A DNA stretch of 64,000 bases from the human T2T-CHM13v2.0 reference genome, Homo sapiens, in assembly GCA_009914755.4 (NCBI GenBank), contig CP068257.2, positions 6,752,001-6,816,000 of the forward strand, written 5' to 3'. The notes beneath the pieces are model-generated. The model saw only the letters and a list, made by a program, of their open reading frames with translations. It was not told where the DNA came from and searched no databases. Shown one piece after another: positions 61,201-64,000 of this stretch; the first letter of the stretch is position 1, and every line of letters starts with the position of its first letter. The translations under genes and the position numbers were made by a program.

Positions 61201-64000
61201 ATGGAATGGAATAGAATGGTATGGAATCAACCCGAGTGGAATGGTAAAGAATGCAATGTAATGGAACGGAATAGAATGGAATAAAATGGATTGGAATGGA
61301 ATGGAAACAACCCGAGTTGAATGGCATGGAATGGAATGGAATAGAATGGAATGGAATGGAGTAACCGGAGAGGAATGGAATGGAATGCAGTGTAATGGAA
61401 TGGAATAGAATGGAATGGAATGAAATGGAATGGAATAGAATGAAATGGAAAGGAATGGAATAGAAACAACCCGAGTGGAATGGAAAGGAATGGAATCCAC
61501 CCGAGTGGAATGGAATGCAATGGAATGGAACTGAATATAATGGAATTGAAAGGAATCATCCCGAGTGGAATGGAATGGTATCTAATGCAATGGAGTGGAA
61601 TGGAACAGAACGGAATGGAATGGAAAGAATAGATTGAATCCAAGTGGAATTGAATGGAATGAAATGGATTGGAAAGGAATGGAATGGATTGGTATGGAAA
61701 GGAATGGATTTAACCCGAGTGGAATGTAATGGATTGGAATGGAGTGGAATGGAATGGAATGGAATCAACACGAATGGAATGGAACGGAATGGAACGGAAT
61801 GGAATGGAATGGTATGGAATGAAATAGAAAGGAACGGAATAGAATCAACCCAAGTGGAATGGAATTGAATGGAATGGAAGGGAATCAACACGAGTGGAAT
61901 TGAATGGAAAGGAATGCAATGGAATGGAATGGAATGGAATGGAATGGAATGGAATCAACCCGAGTGGAATGGAATGGAATGGAATGCAATAGAATGGAAT
62001 GGAATGGAATGGAATGGAATGGAATGGAATGGAATGGAATGGAATTCAATGGAATCAAACCGAGTGGAATGGAATGCTATGGAATGCAATGGAATGGAGT
62101 GGAACAGAACGGAATGGAATTGAATGGAATTGACTGAATCCGAGTGGAATTGAACGGAAGGGAATGCATTGGAATGGAATGGAAAGGATTCAACCCGAGT
62201 GGAATGAAATGGAATGGAGTGGAGTGGAAAGGAATGGTATGGATTGGAATGGAATGGAATGGAATCAACACAAAGGGAATGGAATGGAATGGAATAGAAT
62301 GGAAAGGAATGGAATGGAATGGTATGGAATGCAATGTAATGGAATGGAATGGAATGAAATGGAATAAACCCGAATGTAATGGAATGGAATGGAATGGAAC
62401 GGATTGGAATGGAATGGAATGGAATGGAATGGAATGGAATGGAATGGAGTGGAATGGAATGGAAATCAGTCAAACCGAGTGGAATGTAATGGAATGGAAT
62501 GGAATGGAATGGAAAGAGTGCAAAGCAATGCTATCAAAGGGAATGAAATGCATTGGAATGGAATGGAATGGAATCACCCTGAGTGGAAAGGAATGCAGTG
62601 GAATGGAATGGAAAGGATGGAATGGAAAGGAAACTAATGGAACGGAATGGAAACAACCCGAGTGGCATGGAATGCATTGGAATGGAATGGAATGGAATGG
62701 AATGGAATGGAATACAACAAAATGGAAACAACACGAGTGAAATGGCATGGAATGGAAATGACTTGAATATAATGGAATGGATTGGAATCAACCCGATTAG
62801 AAACTAATGGAATGGAATGGAATGGAATGGAACGGAATGGAATCTACACATGTGGAATGGAAAGTAATGGAATTAAATGGATTGGAATGGAATGTAATGG
62901 AATGGAACGGAATGGAATGGAATGGAATGGAATCTACCCGAGTGGAATGGAATGGAATGGAATTTCATGGAATGAAATGGAATAGAATGGTATGGAATCA
63001 ACCCGAGTGGAATGGTAAAGAATGCAATGTAATGGAACGGAATGGAATGGAATAAAATGGAATGGAATGGAATGGAAACAACCCGAGTTGAATGGAATGG
63101 AATGGAATGGAATGGAATAACCGGAGAAAAATGGAATGGAATGCAGTGTAATGGAATGGAATAGAATGGAATGGAATGGAAAGGAATGGAATAGAATGAA
63201 ATGGAAAGGAATGGAATAGAAACAACCCGAGTGGAATGGAATGGAATGGATTCCACCCGAGTGGAATGGAATGGAATGGAATGGAAAGGAATACAATGGA
63301 ATGGAATGGAACCGTCCCGAGTGGAATGGAATGGTATGGAATGCAATAGAATGTAATGGAACAGAACGGAATGAAATGGAATGGAATAGATTGAATGCGA
63401 GTGGAATTGAATGGAACGGAATGGATTGGAATGGAATGGAATGGATTGGAGTGGAATGGAATGGAATCAACACGAATGGAACGGAATGGAATGGCATGGA
63501 TTGGAAAGGAACGGAATGGAATCAACCCAAGTGGAATGGAATGGAATGGAATCCACCCGATTGGAATGAAATGGAATGGAATGGAATGGAATGTATTGGA
63601 ATCAACTCGAGTGGAATGGAATGGAATGGAATGGAATGGAATGGAATGGAATGGAATGGAACAGAATCGAATCCAATGGAATCAACTGGAATGGAATGGA
63701 ATGGAATGGAATAAATCCGGGTGGAATGGAATGGAATGTAATGGAGTGCACTGGAATTGAATGGAGTGGAATGGAATGGAATGGAATGGAAAGGAATGGA
63801 ATCAACCCGTATGGAATGGAACGGAATGGAATGGAAAGGAAGGGAATGGAATGGAATGGAACAGAATAGAATGGAATCAGCCCGAATGGGATGGAATGGA
63901 ATGGAATGGAATAGAATGGAATGGAATGGAATGGAATGGAATGGAATGGAATGGAATGGAATTCTATGGAATCAACCGTAGTGTAATGTAAATGAATGGA
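55286..64000. repeat. Higher-order repeat unit copy 4, truncated by the window edge (A block 55286-62781; B block begins at 62782).
   Basis: Offset-15,385-15,395 match to 39891-48600. 62782-64000 matches 47397-48615 and 24076-25290 (for example the identical 67-codon stretches at 62782, 47397 and 24076). Confidence 0.8.

Larger units (their letters stand above)
1..64000 (+). repeat. Human satellite III (HSat3)-type satellite array: (GGAAT)n on + strand / (ATTCC)n on minus strand, with interspersed CAACCCGAGT-type 10-mers. Continuous to both window edges.
   Basis: Direct reading. More than 90% of the window is tandem GGAAT pentamers and single-base variants (GGAAC, GGAAA, GGAGT, GTAAT, GCAAT). 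The motif CAACCCGAGT(GGAAT) recurs hundreds of times. The + strand is purine-rich (G+A ~80%) throughout. No stretch longer than ~60 bp departs from GGAAT-like composition. The GGAAT plus CAACCCGAGT consensus matches the published HSat3 definition. Confidence 0.95.

Noticed and set aside
1-64000. All remaining six-frame ORFs of 60-320 aa on both strands
   Set aside because: Same artefact as above. Overlapping ORFs tile every frame of both strands, which is impossible for real coding sequence and expected for a low-complexity satellite.
1-64000. CRISPR array (short direct repeats)
   Set aside because: The repeats are contiguous 5-bp units with no unique spacers of 25-40 bp and no leader or cas context. 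The sequence is a eukaryotic (hominid) satellite.
1-64000. Alpha satellite (171-bp) or HSat2 identity
   Set aside because: There is no 171-bp periodicity and no CENP-B box. HSat2 is more diverged (ATTCGATTCC-like, rich in CATTCGATTC) and lacks the frequent CAACCCGAGT 10-mer. Here the 10-mer is abundant and the GGAAT runs are clean, which fits HSat3.
1-64000. Telomeric (TTAGGG)n or subtelomeric repeats
   Set aside because: No TTAGGG or CCCTAA runs are present. The 5-bp GGAAT period is unambiguous.
1-64000. Specific chromosomal assignment (e.g. 9q12 HSat3, Yq12 DYZ1, acrocentric short arms)
   Set aside because: The 15.4-kb higher-order unit and the landmark modules are probably diagnostic, but I cannot match them to a named HSat3 subfamily without a database search. 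DYZ1 is classically a ~3.56-kb unit, which does not obviously fit. I have left the assignment open rather than guess.

Overview
The whole 64-kb window is one uninterrupted array of simple-sequence satellite DNA. The unit is GGAAT on the + strand (ATTCC on the minus strand). Every ~30-150 bp it is interrupted by the diverged 10-mer CAACCCGAGT and close variants (TCCACCCGAGT, TCAACACGAGT, CAACCTGAGT, CATCCCGAGT). That combination is the defining signature of human satellite III (HSat3, classical pericentromeric satellite). I find no protein-coding genes, no RNA genes, no transposon insertions, no CRISPR and no promoters that I can support. Every ORF in the six-frame track is a frame artefact of the 5-bp repeat: GGA-ATG-GAA-TGG-AAT reads MEWNG on the + strand, and ATT-CCA-TTC-CAT-TCC reads IPFHS with no stop codons on the minus strand. 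All supportable structure is repeat architecture. The array has one orientation throughout, with no inversions. Above the 5-bp unit it is organised hierarchically. Diverged landmark modules recur every ~2.4-3.8 kb. These are packaged into a ~15.4-kb higher-order unit (blocks A+B) present as near-identical tandem copies at ~16.6-32.0 kb, 39.9-55.3 kb and 55.3-64 kb. One copy (32.0-39.9 kb) is internally deleted and only 7.9 kb long. The first ~16.6 kb uses shorter 3.6-4.5-kb variant units built from the same sub-modules. Copies differ mainly by indels in multiples of 5 bp. The array is human (possibly other hominid). I cannot assign the chromosome from sequence alone. I see no evidence of a novel gene system here. 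Only the satellite's higher-order structure merits follow-up.
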